Shown here piece after piece: positions 51,625 to 63,520 of a stretch of 64,000 bases of DNA. Below the pieces are notes generated by a model, which worked only from the letters and a program-made list of their open reading frames with translations, searched no databases and was not told where the DNA came from. How positions within the stretch are numbered: position 1 is the first letter of the stretch; the number at the start of each line of letters is the position of its first letter. This stretch comes from an uncultured Chroococcidiopsis sp. (GTDB lineage: Bacteria; Cyanobacteriota; Cyanobacteriia; Cyanobacteriales; Chroococcidiopsidaceae): positions 1 to 64,000 of the forward strand of contig CAXTYC010000028.1 in assembly GCA_964248365.1 (NCBI GenBank), read 5' to 3'. A program made the translations under genes and the position numbers.

Positions 51625-52302
51625 ATGGCAGCCAGTCGCATAACTAATATTCCTCCACTCGAAAGTGGCGATCGCTTGACTTGCTCTGAATTTGAGCGTC
51701 GTTATCAAGCAATGCCACAGATTAAAAAAGCTGAATTAATTGAAGGAGTCGTGTACGTAGCTTCACCTGTACGTGCTAGCCGTCATGGTAGACCCCATGC
51801 TCAAATCGTCGGTTGGTTATTAGTCTACAGTGCCGCGACACCCCTAGTTGATGTCGCCGATAACGCCACAGTACGCCTGGATGCAAATAATGAGCCTCAA
51901 CCCGATGCTTTATTACGACTAGAGCCCCAAGCGGGAGGCTCCTCTCGCATTAGTGATGATGACTATATTGAGGGTGTACCAGAATTAATTGCAGAAATCG
52001 CTGCTAGTAGTGCCTCCTATGACCTGAATGACAAACTTAATGCTTATCGTCGTAATGGGGTTCGGGAATATATCGTCTGGCAAATTTACGAGAACCGCCT
52101 TGACTGGTTTTATCTAGATAATGGTCGATATGTTTCGCTGCAACCGGATGCTATAGGCGTAATCCGCAGTCAGATTTTCCCAGGATTATGGCTGGCGGTA
52201 AACGCCCTGCGTGAGGGAGATTTAGCCCAGGTGTTAGCAACCCTACAGCAGGGACTACAATCAGCAGAACATCAAAGTTTTGTGCAGCAATTGCGTCTTT
52301 AA
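51625..52302 (+). CDS. Uma2 (DUF820) family putative endonuclease
   Basis: PPLESGDRL, AELIEG.V, EPQPD, PELIAEI, Y.RNGVREY. Confidence 0.92.
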   Translation: MAASRITNIPPLESGDRLTCSEFERRYQAMPQIKKAELIEGVVYVASPVRASRHGRPHAQIVGWLLVYSAATPLVDVADNATVRLDANNEPQPDALLRLEPQAGGSSRISDDDYIEGVPELIAEIAASSASYDLNDKLNAYRRNGVREYIVWQIYENRLDWFYLDNGRYVSLQPDAIGVIRSQIFPGLWLAVNALREGDLAQVLATLQQGLQSAEHQSFVQQLRL

Positions 52303-52416
52303 CAGTTACCAGTTATCAGTTATTAGTTACCAGTTATCAGTTATCAATTTAAGGTCACTGTTTACTGTTCACTGTTTACTGTTTACTGTTCACTGTTCAC
52401 TGGTAACTGGTCACTG
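52302..52416. repeat. STRR, convergent inverted arrays
   Basis: (CAGTTAY)n followed by (CACTGTT)n. Confidence 0.8.
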
Positions 52417-54027
52417 TCAACTTAACTGCGCTACGACTTGATCTTGTAGCAAGGCTTGGTTTGTTAGCAAGTCTTCTACTGTCATGCGTAAAAAGCGCTG
52501 TTTGTCAACTTGAAACAATACTCTAATGCGATCGCTCCCTGGATAACCAGGCGGTGTCAAAGAGGCGATCGTTCTTGCACCTTCACGATCATTGAGTGGC
52601 TGCACTTGTTTTTTCCCGCTATCTAGACGCTTGGTGATTAGGCGATCGCCATCAAAATACACTTCTGTACCACCAGTTTCCGCCCCCAATTCGCCGATGA
52701 TTAATTCAATACTGGGCTGCTGATCCACCGATGCGCCTAAAACTAATTCTACAGGCGTATCCATTGGGTAAGGCTGTCCTTCTTTAATCAAAGGATGCCA
52801 GTTATGACAATTATTTCGCCTATCCCAGTAGCGGATACCGTAACTGTGGTAGAGAAAATCTTTCAGTTCCACACCTTGAGATATTTGCAACGCACCAAGG
52901 GCGATCGCTTCAAACGGACGTTCGCAACGAATTTTTTCAGGCTCAAAATACTGCTGTACCCATGTCTGCACAGCTGGCATTTGTGCTGTACCACCAACCA
53001 ACAACACAGCCTTAATATCTGTATTTTCTAATCCTTGTCGCCGTGCTTGTTGCAATAGCTGATTCATCGACTGATCTAGCTGCTCAAAAAACGAGTGTTC
53101 GGCGAGAATTTTTTCTAACTGATCGCGGTCTAATTCCAGTTCGTAGCTTTCAAATGTCTCATCATTAAAGTAAACTTCATTTGCCCCAGTTTGGGAAGAT
53201 AACTGAATCTTTAACCGTTCTGCTAGTCGAGTAGTCAAAGGAGTTGCCGCCAATCCTTGTCTAGTGGCAAAATAATCAACAATCCAGTTATCAATATCAG
53301 AACCACCTAAATTCTGCCCTGCTTTTGCTAATACACGGGCTGTTTTTACCTTCTGTCCTGATTTTTCCGCCAGGGATTTTTTACCCCATTTAAGTAGAAA
53401 CCCAGGCTGCTTCTTAGTCGCACCACCATCGAGCCGCACTAGAGAAAGATCGAGTGTACCGCCGCCGAAATCAATTACTAGCAAAATGTCCTGTTCTACC
53501 ATCCCATATCCCAAAGCAGCAGCTGTCGGCTCATCCAAAAGCCGCACCTGTTCTACTGGTAGCGATTGGCACACTTGCCCAAGCCAGAGACGGTAAGCCT
53601 CAAAGCTGTCTACTGGTACAGTCAAGATCAAAGATTCAGTAGGCGAGGTTGCAAGTTTGTCAATGATTTGGCTGAGGAACCATTGCCCGACTTGTTCAAA
53701 CGAGACAATTTGCCCGTCTAGCTCTGGCAAGAAGCCTTGAATATCTGCACCAATTCCTCTTTTGAAGCTGCGAAAAAATCGCGGATCTGTGGTTAAATCA
53801 AGCCCGCGATCGCGTACAGCCTGTCCTACTACTACCTTATTTTGTGCCGCATCTTCTACATATACCAAACTAGGGATCAGGGGAGGATTCTGCCCCAATT
53901 GCTCAGATAAACCAGGTAAACTTAGGGTTTCTGGTTGCTGGGTAACAGGGTTCCAACGGGCTATACAAGTGTTGCTAGTACCGAAGTCAATTGCGTAGGA
54001 TGAAGTCCTTGTCGTAGACATCGCCAT
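52417..54027 (-). CDS. Hsp70/DnaK-family protein
   Basis: AIDFGTSNT, DEPTAAALGY, DFGGGTLD, LLVGGTA. Confidence 0.92.
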   Translation of the reverse strand: MAMSTTRTSSYAIDFGTSNTCIARWNPVTQQPETLSLPGLSEQLGQNPPLIPSLVYVEDAAQNKVVVGQAVRDRGLDLTTDPRFFRSFKRGIGADIQGFLPELDGQIVSFEQVGQWFLSQIIDKLATSPTESLILTVPVDSFEAYRLWLGQVCQSLPVEQVRLLDEPTAAALGYGMVEQDILLVIDFGGGTLDLSLVRLDGGATKKQPGFLLKWGKKSLAEKSGQKVKTARVLAKAGQNLGGSDIDNWIVDYFATRQGLAATPLTTRLAERLKIQLSSQTGANEVYFNDETFESYELELDRDQLEKILAEHSFFEQLDQSMNQLLQQARRQGLENTDIKAVLLVGGTAQMPAVQTWVQQYFEPEKIRCERPFEAIALGALQISQGVELKDFLYHSYGIRYWDRRNNCHNWHPLIKEGQPYPMDTPVELVLGASVDQQPSIELIIGELGAETGGTEVYFDGDRLITKRLDSGKKQVQPLNDREGARTIASLTPPGYPGSDRIRVLFQVDKQRFLRMTVEDLLTNQALLQDQVVAQLS

Positions 54028-54273
54028 GAATAGTAAAGTCAACAGTCTTTGTAACTTAATGTTATCTTTACCAGCGGTCTATACTATTTTAGATTTTGGA
54101 GCCATAGATTTTGGATTGGAAAATCCAACTATAGCAATCCTATTTAACGAACCGCAAAGGCGCAAAGAACGCGAAGTGAAGAAGTAGAGGGAGGTTTACA
54201 AATCCTGCACGGAATGCTATATCAGGAGTTTTAGCAACATTTGTAGCAGTCAGAAAACCTTATGGTATAATAT

Positions 54274-55257
54274 CTAGCTTACCAACCACCCAGCTTGTAA
54301 ACGGGCGATCGCTTCTTCCTTTGCTTTTGCCTCAATTTCAATCCAGGGTGCTTCCCGATAAACACTTGGCATTACAGTAATGTATTCGCTGTGCTGTCTG
54401 TCATTGAAAGCTGATTCACCGTTAGAAATATGGACTAACTGCCATTCGGGGTTTTCCCAAGTTTCTCTTGCTGCATAAAACATTTCGGCTACCGATGGAT
54501 CTTCATAGCTATCAAGTCCTTCATGACAGATATGATGATGAGCATCAAACACCATTGGTACACCAGTACGCTGACAGACTTCTAAAATCTCCAGGGAACT
54601 ATAAGCATATTCATCATTTTCAAAAGTCAAGCGGTTGCGGATCTCCATTGGTAGTTCATTAACTACTTTGACAAGTTGATCTATCCTTTGAGATTTACCA
54701 CCATGTATATTCATTAAAGACCAAGGCGATCGCGGTAAACCTAACAAATCGAATGTTCGAGCGTGTCGTGCCAAAATATTGATACTATTTTGTACAACAG
54801 TAGGCGAATCAGAACTCAACACCACATATTGATCTGGATGTAGCACCATCCTAATCCCCAATTGATGCGATCGCTTACCAATATTACCCAGATCAGCACT
54901 CATTTCCTCTAAAATTCGCGCTCCGATTCCGTCTTCCATATCACTCAACGGAAACAATGCTGAGGAAATGCGATAAAGCCCAATTTGACGCTGCTGACAA
55001 AATGTTATCGCCGCATCCAACCGATTTAAATTACTAACATAAAGTTCCTTCAAAGCGGTTTCCCGTTCTGCTAAACTTAATTTAAGGTAGCGCGTCCGAG
55101 TCATAGCACGGAAACGTATTTCCTTAGAGAAAGTAATACAAACCAAACCCAACTGAGGGCGAACGCTATCTTTTGCTACAGACGTTCCTCGTACTTCCTC
55201 TATAGCAACATTGCTCTTAGCTAATAACTCCATATTACTTAAATTATTAGTATTCAT
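54274..55257 (-). CDS. uvsE: UV DNA damage endonuclease
   Basis: LGLVC, YRISS, HPDQ, IHGG, END, FDAHHH, IEAKAKE. Confidence 0.93.
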   Translation of the reverse strand: MNTNNLSNMELLAKSNVAIEEVRGTSVAKDSVRPQLGLVCITFSKEIRFRAMTRTRYLKLSLAERETALKELYVSNLNRLDAAITFCQQRQIGLYRISSALFPLSDMEDGIGARILEEMSADLGNIGKRSHQLGIRMVLHPDQYVVLSSDSPTVVQNSINILARHARTFDLLGLPRSPWSLMNIHGGKSQRIDQLVKVVNELPMEIRNRLTFENDEYAYSSLEILEVCQRTGVPMVFDAHHHICHEGLDSYEDPSVAEMFYAARETWENPEWQLVHISNGESAFNDRQHSEYITVMPSVYREAPWIEIEAKAKEEAIARLQAGWLVS

Positions 55258-55753
55258 AAACACTTAGTCTTGTGCATCAACAACACACCCTACTTCTAGG
55301 GTTGCCGCATCATATATAAAATTTAATCTTCAAAAGAGCGATCGCACATCTACACGTAGTCATAGCATTTCAACTTAGGGCGATCTTTACTACCTTAAAT
55401 TCTTCTTTTTTCTTCTCTTAGCGCCTTTGCGCCTTTGCGCGACATAAATCAAAACTCTCCTACCCTTCCTTAGATAGATGTATAAAAATGCCACCTATCT
55501 AATGACAGATATTAAAAACCACTCAAAATCAGCTTTTAGAGAGGCATCTGGAACTAATACCAGCCTACCTTAGAGCTAATTTAAATAGAGTAAAATTTGT
55601 CAAGTATCTGAAATACTTCTTTAGAATAATGGCAGGAAAAAAAACATTTCTTAACCTGTAAATGCATTGGGAGAGTAAGGCGTAAAAAACCGAACACCTG
55701 AAACCCTCATGACTACTTAATTACCAAATCGTCACCTCTAAGGGACTAGAAGC

Positions 55754-55972
55754 ATGGAAAACCGCCAAACATCAGAATCTTCGATATTTTTGGGTTCCCT
55801 TAAGAACGGAATTTGGTTAGTGGGAATTTCATCTTGGCTATTTGGTATCACCGATAGAAGCATTGCTTCTTTATCAGATGGCTACTTATCAGCATTAGAT
55901 ATAGCTCAGTTATTTACAGCTGCTTTCTTCTTTGTAAGCTGGCTGTTCTTAAAACCCACATCCAAGGTGTGA
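55754..55972 (+). CDS. Small two-TM hypothetical protein
   Basis: 72-aa ORF with two hydrophobic segments. Confidence 0.7.
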   Translation: MENRQTSESSIFLGSLKNGIWLVGISSWLFGITDRSIASLSDGYLSALDIAQLFTAAFFFVSWLFLKPTSKV

Positions 55973-56078
55973 ACGTATTACTGGGAAAAGATTATCCTAT
56001 GCCGCAAACATCGTTTTTCCTGGGGGGGTTAAGGTAAACTTAAAGGCAAAATTAGATTGGCTTAACTCCTAGCAAGCC

Positions 56079-57299
56079 ATGCATAAACGGCAAAGTGACT
56101 TTTATCCACCTCGACTAAATCTGAAGCTGGTAAATCTAGCACAGCGAATTGCTCCTCTAGCTGCTCACTGGTACTATCGCTTTGACTTGGTGGTTAGTCA
56201 GGAGGATTTAGACTGCTTGCGATCGCTCCAACACAAGCGTTTGCTACTGTTACCCAATCATCCCACATTTGACGACCCGATTGTAATTTTTCTATTGTCC
56301 GCTCGTCTAGGTATACCGTTTTACTACCTGTCAGCGCGAGAAACATTACTGGGGAAGCAAGGATATTGGTTGCAACGGTTAGGTGTATATTCGATTCGGC
56401 GGGGAATGGTTGACCGAGCGAGTTTTGCCCAAACTCTGGAAATATTAACTCAGAACAGTTGTAAATTAGTGATTTTTGCCGAGGGGGGCGTATCGTTCCA
56501 GAATGATACGGTGATGCCATTTCGAGTAGGCGCAATTCAAATGGCTTTTCAGGCGATGAATAAAGTACTCAAACAGGAAAAATCTGTGCCAGATCTCTAC
56601 GCCGTACCGATCGCTATCAAGTATCACTATACCGGAGATATGACAGCGGCGATCGCGCACAGCCTCAAGAAACTGGAACAAGCTCTACAGATTCAGCCGC
56701 AAGGGAACTTTTACCAACGACTGAGAACTGTTGCTGGAGAGGTTCTGCTTAGATGTGAACAAGAATATGGTTTACACAAACCGGAGGTAACAGACTGGAA
56801 TCAAAGAGTATTCAATCTCAAGGAACACGTTTTGCAACAGTGTGAGCAAAGATTGGGGCTAACTTCGTCACCTGGAGAACGAGGGCGCGAACGCACTTAC
56901 CGAATTCAACAAGCACTTGAAGAGGCTACAGACCAGGCAAGCCATTCTAATACTACATTAGATCAAATTTGGACATGGGAAGTGATGGCTAAGGCTGCTT
57001 GGCGGGTACTAAATTTTGATGCAATTTATGATGGTTATGTCGCAGCTTCGATTACGCCCGAACGTTTCCTAGATACCCTCATCCGCCTAGAACGAGATGT
57101 GTTTAATATCGATAAACCTCGGCCATTAGGTCATCGTCAGGCACTGGTACACGTTGCCGAACCGATAAATCTCAAAGATTGGTTTGCTGATTATCAGCAA
57201 AATCGGACGCTTACAGTTAACACTGTAATGCAAAAAATTCACCAGACGGTACAACAAAAGTTGGATTCGTTAGCTGGGCAAAATTACTTCTCCAATTAA
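56079..57299 (+). CDS. Phospholipid/glycerol acyltransferase (PlsC family)
   Basis: NHPTFDD (HX4D), SIRRG, IFAEG. Confidence 0.9.
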   Translation: MHKRQSDFYPPRLNLKLVNLAQRIAPLAAHWYYRFDLVVSQEDLDCLRSLQHKRLLLLPNHPTFDDPIVIFLLSARLGIPFYYLSARETLLGKQGYWLQRLGVYSIRRGMVDRASFAQTLEILTQNSCKLVIFAEGGVSFQNDTVMPFRVGAIQMAFQAMNKVLKQEKSVPDLYAVPIAIKYHYTGDMTAAIAHSLKKLEQALQIQPQGNFYQRLRTVAGEVLLRCEQEYGLHKPEVTDWNQRVFNLKEHVLQQCEQRLGLTSSPGERGRERTYRIQQALEEATDQASHSNTTLDQIWTWEVMAKAAWRVLNFDAIYDGYVAASITPERFLDTLIRLERDVFNIDKPRPLGHRQALVHVAEPINLKDWFADYQQNRTLTVNTVMQKIHQTVQQKLDSLAGQNYFSN

Positions 57300-57408
57300 A
57301 AATTACCTGTTGAGGTGGGCATGGGTGGCATACAAAATTACTTCCTTTTCAATTAAAGATTATCTGTTGCGGTGGGCAATGCCCACCCTACGTTATTGGT
57401 AACACCAC

Positions 57409-58830
57409 TTATGTGGAGACTAACTCTGGCTGTGGTTGCGCCTCTTGCACATTATCAGTGATGCCAAAAATCGAGTTGTACATTTTTATGTACTCTTTGG
57501 CGGATTGCTCCCAGCTAAAGTCTTGCTGCATACCGCGCACTTCAAGTGCTTTCCAGTCTTGTTTATAGCGGAAGCCTTCCCAGGCGCGAACCATGCAAGT
57601 ATATAAGTCTAGTGGTTCATAGCGATCGAAGCAGTAACCTGTACCTGTATGATTTGTTGGATCGTGGTGGAAAACGGTATCAACTAAACCGCCAGTACGT
57701 CTGACAATAGGTACACTACCGTAGCGCAGTGCCATCATTTGGCTAATTCCGCAAGGTTCAAAGCGGCTAGGCATGAGGAAGGCATCGCTACCAGCATAAA
57801 TCCGACGAGAAAGCGCGTCACTGTAGAGTAAGTAAGTTGACATCCGCCCAGGGAAACGAGATGCCATTTGCCACATTTGGGTTTCGTAATAGCGATCGCC
57901 TGTTCCCAATAATATAAACTGAGCATCGGTGTAAGATAGGAAGCGATCCATTGTTTGCAACACCAGATCAATTCCTTTTTGTTCCACCAGCCGTGTCACC
58001 ATACCAATCAAAAAGGCTTTGGCATTGACTTCTAACCCCAGTTCTTCTTGCAGAGCTACTTTATTAGCTTTGCGTTGATCTATGGTATCAGCAGTGAAGG
58101 TTTGAGCAATGTATTTATCATCAGCTGGGTTGTAAACTTCGGTATCAACACCATTAACAATCCCCCATAATTTACCACTGATGAAAGACATCAACCCTTC
58201 TAGAGTCTCGCCATACTCGGCTGTCTGAATTTGTTTGGCGTAGGTTGGGGAAACAGTGTTAACGCGATCGGCATACTGCACAGCCGCTGCCATTGTATTA
58301 TGTCCTTGCATATACCAAGGACACCAGGTAATCTTTTCTAGATACCACCGCCAAGGTCCTTGATAGGCAAGGTTATGAATTGTAAACACACTGCTGATAT
58401 CTGGATCTTGGTGCATCCAAACTGGTATCATACCTGTATGCCAGTCGTGGCAGTGAACTATTTGCGGTTTCCAGTAGTTCCAGCAAAATTCAGCCGCACC
58501 ATTGGCAAACAAAGTGAACCGCCAGTCTTCATCTTCCCCAGAATAAATTCGGCGGGGTGAAAAAGCTGGATGTCCGAATAAATACAAGGGGACATCTGTA
58601 CCAGGTAGAACACTCTCGTAAACCGAGAAATTTTGGAACATAGCAGATCCCGACCAGATGGGATCTGTAGGAATCTCCATTTTGTCTGGCAGGAAGCCGT
58701 AGTATGGTATGAAGATTCGCACATCATGTCCCATTGCTCGTAGTATTTTAGGCAAAGCACCCACTACATCTCCCATTCCGCCTACTTTGGCGATCGGCGC
58801 TGCTTCTGCGGCTACAAACAGAATTCGCAT
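57409..58830 (-). CDS. glgA: Glycogen synthase
   Basis: [31 protein letters not shown]. Confidence 0.97.
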   Translation of the reverse strand: MRILFVAAEAAPIAKVGGMGDVVGALPKILRAMGHDVRIFIPYYGFLPDKMEIPTDPIWSGSAMFQNFSVYESVLPGTDVPLYLFGHPAFSPRRIYSGEDEDWRFTLFANGAAEFCWNYWKPQIVHCHDWHTGMIPVWMHQDPDISSVFTIHNLAYQGPWRWYLEKITWCPWYMQGHNTMAAAVQYADRVNTVSPTYAKQIQTAEYGETLEGLMSFISGKLWGIVNGVDTEVYNPADDKYIAQTFTADTIDQRKANKVALQEELGLEVNAKAFLIGMVTRLVEQKGIDLVLQTMDRFLSYTDAQFILLGTGDRYYETQMWQMASRFPGRMSTYLLYSDALSRRIYAGSDAFLMPSRFEPCGISQMMALRYGSVPIVRRTGGLVDTVFHHDPTNHTGTGYCFDRYEPLDLYTCMVRAWEGFRYKQDWKALEVRGMQQDFSWEQSAKEYIKMYNSIFGITDNVQEAQPQPELVST

Positions 58831-59017
58831 CTATGTCCCCTGAATTATGTATTCTACTCTAAGCGAGTCTAGTACATTGTATAGGGGCGCAGGCGCAGGG
58901 GCTAGAGGCGAGAGGAACTAGGGGCGCTGGGGCTAGGGAAAGCTGGGGACAAGGGGACAAGGGGAAACTACATAAATTCTCCCCCCCTCTCCAAGTCTTC
59001 CCACTCCCCCCCTTCTC

Positions 59018-59998
59018 TTAAGCGCCTCTTTGAATTTGGGCAAAGATTTGCTCTAAAATCTCTGTAGCTCCTTGTTTACGTAATTTTTGAGCTAGTTCGA
59101 TTCCTAGCTGTTCGGCATCGCTGGCGCTACCTGAGACAGTACCTTTAACTAGTTTTTGACCGTCTACACTGACGACAATACCAGTTAAAGTTAGATTACC
59201 TTCGTTTAATTGGGTGTTAACACCAATTGGCACTTGACAGCCGCCTTCGAGTTCGCGCAAAAAGGCGCGTTCAGCTAATGCGCGATCACGTGTTGGTATA
59301 TGTTCAATTACCTTGAGTAGGGACAACACTTCTGTATCATCAGCCCTACATTCTATCCCCAACGCTCCTTGTCCGACTGCGTGTAAGGATACTTCATCTG
59401 GTAGGATTTGATGAATGCGATCGCTCATACCAAGTCGATGCAATCCAGCCACTGCCAAAATAATTGCGTCATACTCGCCAGCATCAAGTTTTTGCAGTCG
59501 TGTATTTAAATTTCCTCGAATATCTTTAAAAGCTAGGTGCGGGAAGTGATGGCGTAATTGAGCTAACCGTCGTAGAGAGGATGTACCCACTACTGATCCT
59601 GATGGTAAAGTGTCAATTTGCTTATCTTTATGCTTTTGATGCACAACCATTGCATCAGCCGGATTTTCCCGTTCGGTGACGCAACCCAAAATTAAACCCT
59701 CTGGTAAACGTGTCGGTAAGTCTTTGAGGGAATGTACTGCAAAGTCAATTTCCTGGCTTTGCATTCCGACTTCGAGTTCTTTGGTAAACAAACCCTTGTC
59801 ACCAATCTTGGCTAGGGCGACATCGAGAATTTTATCACCTTGGGTAGACATGGTGTGGACTTCAAACGTGCGATCGGGAAAGGCTTTTTGAAGTTGTTCT
59901 TTTACCCAATGTGTTTGAACTAAAGCAAGTTGACTTTTGCGGGAACCGATGCGGATAGTACGAGGAGGACTGGAAATTAGTGCAGCGTTCGGGGACAT
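59018..59998 (-). CDS. hemC: Hydroxymethylbilane synthase
   Basis: [34 protein letters not shown]. Confidence 0.98.
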   Translation of the reverse strand: MSPNAALISSPPRTIRIGSRKSQLALVQTHWVKEQLQKAFPDRTFEVHTMSTQGDKILDVALAKIGDKGLFTKELEVGMQSQEIDFAVHSLKDLPTRLPEGLILGCVTERENPADAMVVHQKHKDKQIDTLPSGSVVGTSSLRRLAQLRHHFPHLAFKDIRGNLNTRLQKLDAGEYDAIILAVAGLHRLGMSDRIHQILPDEVSLHAVGQGALGIECRADDTEVLSLLKVIEHIPTRDRALAERAFLRELEGGCQVPIGVNTQLNEGNLTLTGIVVSVDGQKLVKGTVSGSASDAEQLGIELAQKLRKQGATEILEQIFAQIQRGA

Positions 59999-60149
59999 AT
60001 AACAGTAGGATTAAAAGCGAAAATTAAATCACTTGATCTAGACTACCTCAGTGATTGTACAAAAAGGGACTAGAGGCTGGGGGCTAGGGGCAAGAATTGA
60101 GCAGGGATCGCTGTGGGGACCAGGGATCGCTGTGGGGGGAAAGGGAAAT

Positions 60150-61094
60150 TTAAGAATTGCGAATTACGATTTTGCCTACTGCACGTTCGGTTTCACTATA
60201 GGTATGAGCGGCTGCTATTTCTGACAAGGGGTAGGTGCGATCGACGATCGCTCGAATCTTCCCTGCTTCAACTTGCTCTTTCAGGTAAGCCAGATCTGAA
60301 CCCCTGGATTTTAATAATACTACTTTATATTTTTGACCAGGTGTGAGCCAAGTTAAGAAACTTTTGAGGTAATTTTCTGGGTAGGGTTGGGTTGTAATGT
60401 AAATTGCCTTGGGTTGCAGCACATTTTTGCACTCGGTTAAAGAACTGTTACCAACTACATCAAAGATAATGTCATATTTAGCTGTGTCCTTGGTGAAGTC
60501 CTGTTGCTTGTAATCAATAACGCGATCAGCACCCAAGCTTTTCACCAGTTCTACATTACTAGTACCACAAACCGCCGTTACCTCTGCTCCCAGCACCTTG
60601 GCAATCTGGACAGCAAAAGTACCTACACCCCCTGAAGCACCATTAATTAGTACCTTTTGCCCAGGCAAGAGATTCCCCTCATCTCTAAAAGCCTGCAATG
60701 CTGTCATAGCTGCTAGAGGCACAGCGGCAGCTTCTTCATAGCTCATAACAGTTGGTTTAGCCGCCGCAACCTTTTGTGAAACAGCAGCGTATTGCGCGTA
60801 AGCACCACCTGGCAAAGAGTTGAGGTGAGCATAGATTTGATCGCCCTTTTTGAAAGAGTTGACATTCTCCCCCACTTCTACCACTTCGCCTGAAACATCA
60901 AACCCCAATATCATAGGGAATTTGTTGCCCGTCAAAATTTTGAGCATTCCTGATCTTATCTTCCAGTCAATCGGGTTAACGCTGGTGGCGTATACTCTAA
61001 CCAGCATTTGGTCTGGTTGAAAACGCGGTTTTTCGACTTCTGTATATTGGAAGACTTCAGGAGAACCATAGCGATCGATAATTGCTGCTTTCAT
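60150..61094 (-). CDS. MDR-family NAD(P)H quinone oxidoreductase/alcohol dehydrogenase-like
   Basis: SVNPIDWK, LGFD.SG, GASGGVG. Confidence 0.92.
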   Translation of the reverse strand: MKAAIIDRYGSPEVFQYTEVEKPRFQPDQMLVRVYATSVNPIDWKIRSGMLKILTGNKFPMILGFDVSGEVVEVGENVNSFKKGDQIYAHLNSLPGGAYAQYAAVSQKVAAAKPTVMSYEEAAAVPLAAMTALQAFRDEGNLLPGQKVLINGASGGVGTFAVQIAKVLGAEVTAVCGTSNVELVKSLGADRVIDYKQQDFTKDTAKYDIIFDVVGNSSLTECKNVLQPKAIYITTQPYPENYLKSFLTWLTPGQKYKVVLLKSRGSDLAYLKEQVEAGKIRAIVDRTYPLSEIAAAHTYSETERAVGKIVIRNS

Positions 61095-61869
61095 AAAGTC
61101 TCTACAGGATCTAAAAAAGGTGCTAGTGGTAAGTGGGGGAGAGGGGGAGAATTCAAAAATTACGAATTACGTTGGGACTCTTTCATGCTGATTTAATCTG
61201 CTGCCAGAACAAATCTACCCGCAGGTGGAAGGAGGAAAGGTGTGTTTTGGCAGAGCTAATTGATTTGATGGAATAAAGGTGGCGAGCGCGCATTTCCTAT
61301 TCCTTTGTATTTATTATTACAAACCCATTCAGCATTTCTGTCTTGCGATAGTAAACTGCAATAAAGTAATGTATCCTCCGATAGAAGGAGGCGCTAGATA
61401 TTATTAGCTATCCATAAAGGCATATCCAAAACCGAACCTGCGATCGCTAAGAAACTACACCAAACTGATAAAAATAATAATTTCACAGCAGGAAACTTTC
61501 TCTAATGACGCGCTCAAAAATTCCTACTCTACTGGGGATGAATAGCTACGCCAACCATTAGATAACGTCTTTTGTAGTTAATTTAGTAACTCAAGATATT
61601 TTTGAAGGCGTTATCTCACTCATCATAGTTATTTTTATAACAAAATGTATCAAAAGATTTATTTTTCATAAAAAAATGTTTTATTCGTTACTTTATAATT
61701 GCCAAAATTGATCTGACTTTAGACAATACTTTGTACTCAAATATTTTAACTATAGATAGAGTTAGCAACAGCTTTTATTTGTAAAAATACAACTATAAAT
61801 TAGGTACTAGCTAATTTAAATATCTATTTGCATTACTAGCTCACTGATTTTTGTTAGGAGGATTTTGTC

Positions 61870-62106
61870 ATGTCTGATCAAATGTGTTGGCTTTCTATGG
61901 GAGCAGACAAAGAAAAAATATTGCATTTACGGAGGGAGCCGAATCAACCTTGGAAGCCCTATACAAGTTGCCCTGAATATGCTGTACCCGATTATAGAGT
62001 ACCTGGAGGTTCAAAAGGTTGGGCGACTTATCAAAAACTATTGAAGGCAGGTTGGACGATAGATCCCACTGCTCAAGCACAAGAGTCTTTATTAGTAATT
62101 TATTAG
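61870..62106 (+). CDS. Small hypothetical protein
   Basis: RBS AGGAGG upstream; 78-aa ORF. Confidence 0.7.
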   Translation: MSDQMCWLSMGADKEKILHLRREPNQPWKPYTSCPEYAVPDYRVPGGSKGWATYQKLLKAGWTIDPTAQAQESLLVIY

Positions 62107-62309
62107 TAGATAGGAGTAGAACTTAACAAAAATCAAATATCAAATTATTTTGATTTTTTGTTGTAATTTTTTGCTGAAAAGTTACATATCTAAATATAGC
62201 TGCTTCTAATGATTATTTTAAAATAAGTAAACCTATGCAGCTATTGATTATTCAGTTTCTCATCGAAGAGTTGTAAAAATAGCCACAGGCTTGGATATTG
62301 GAGACAAAT

Positions 62310-62540
62310 ATGAACAGCATTCAATGGGCAGAGCAAGAAAAGACATTACCCAGGTTCAATACAAATCAAATTGTTCACTTTGTTGGAGGCATCGGTACAA
62401 TTAAAAACTTACGTCCTGATTCAGGTACATGGACTTATGCTGTTGAAATGGAAATGGGTCCATTACCAGACGTGGGCAGAGTAGGTTTTGAAACAACAAT
62501 CCTCCTTCAAGAATCAGACATTCAGGGAGTAATAAAGTAA
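62310..62540 (+). CDS. Small hypothetical protein (SH3-like)
   Basis: GGAG RBS; P.F...Q.V.F.GG.G.I...W.Y.VEM.MG. Confidence 0.7.
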   Translation: MNSIQWAEQEKTLPRFNTNQIVHFVGGIGTIKNLRPDSGTWTYAVEMEMGPLPDVGRVGFETTILLQESDIQGVIK

Positions 62541-62911
62541 ATTCACCAATTCATTAATTCGCAGCGCTTAATTAACTAGCTAAAGTGCGATTGTGTTAAG
62601 TGATAACAGGAATACTCGTATTAATTTATACAAAAATACCTGATCCATTGGATTATATAGCAAGACGCATTAAGATTAGGATAAGTTTACCTGGCATTCG
62701 TTGTTGAGCTAAAAAAACCTTGAAAAAAGCTAATAGCTAATAGCTAGTAGCTAATTGCTATAGCAGTTATTGAAACGCGCGACCTTAGTTAGAGGAAATT
62801 GATGCAGGACTAATGTAAAACATGAGAAAGGGAGCGTGATTGAGTAGAGGCAAGCTATATCTTGCCCTTGGGCGTGGCTAAAAATAATCCGCATTCCTTG
62901 GAGGATAGATT

Positions 62912-63262
62912 GTGAAAGTTCCACCAGAGATTACTTATAGGGGTGTCGAGAAAACTGATGCGATCGCCACATTAGTTGATGACAAGATAGCCAAGCTTGA
63001 AAAAATTTGCAATTACATTAATAGCTGCCATATTGCAATTGAAAAGATTCACGATCGCCCGCGTCATGGTTCCCCGTATCGGGTGCGGCTCGATATTACT
63101 GTACCCCCAAATCATGAAATTGTGGGTGAAAATCATCACGCAGAAAGCAACCAGTACCAGCCAATTGATGCAGCCATTCGGGAAGCGTTCGATGCTGCTC
63201 GTCATCAGCTGACTAAACTTACCAAGCGACAGCACGAAAGCGATCAAGCCAAAACTCACTAA
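62912..63262 (+). CDS. HPF/RaiA ribosome-associated family protein
   Basis: ITYRGVE, K.AKLEK, YRVRLDITVP, AIREAFDAARHQL. Confidence 0.85.
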   Translation: MKVPPEITYRGVEKTDAIATLVDDKIAKLEKICNYINSCHIAIEKIHDRPRHGSPYRVRLDITVPPNHEIVGENHHAESNQYQPIDAAIREAFDAARHQLTKLTKRQHESDQAKTH

Positions 63263-63280
63263 ACGCAGGAGATAAAAGCT

Positions 63281-63520
63281 ATGCACCTTCACACTCCAGC
63301 TTTTTTCATTGGTGGCGCTATCCCCTTTAAATACACCTGCGACGGGGAAAATCTCTCTCCTCCCCTGCATTGGAATCAAGCACCAGATGGGACAAATAGC
63401 TTTGCCTAATTGTAGAAGATCCTGACGCACCCACCATAACTTTTACCCATTGGGTTCTTTACAATTTATCTGGCGATCGCCACGAACTACCACAAGCAGC
63501 TGCAAATCAAGCCACACTGC
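63281..63520 (+). pseudogene. YbhB/YbcL (PEBP) family pseudogene
   Basis: IPFKYTCDGENLSPPL.W, frameshift near 63407, then IVEDPDAP..FTHWVLYN; truncated. Confidence 0.8.

Noticed and set aside
51625..52302. Uma2 nuclease as ZorE-like effector of the cluster
   Set aside because: Separated by ~260 bp containing repeat remnants, and Uma2 genes are very abundant in cyanobacteria, so adjacency is weak evidence; only conserved synteny would revive it
52417..54027. Hsp70-family gene as part of the tubulin-ZorAB system
   Set aside because: Opposite strand, HIP1-rich and core-like composition
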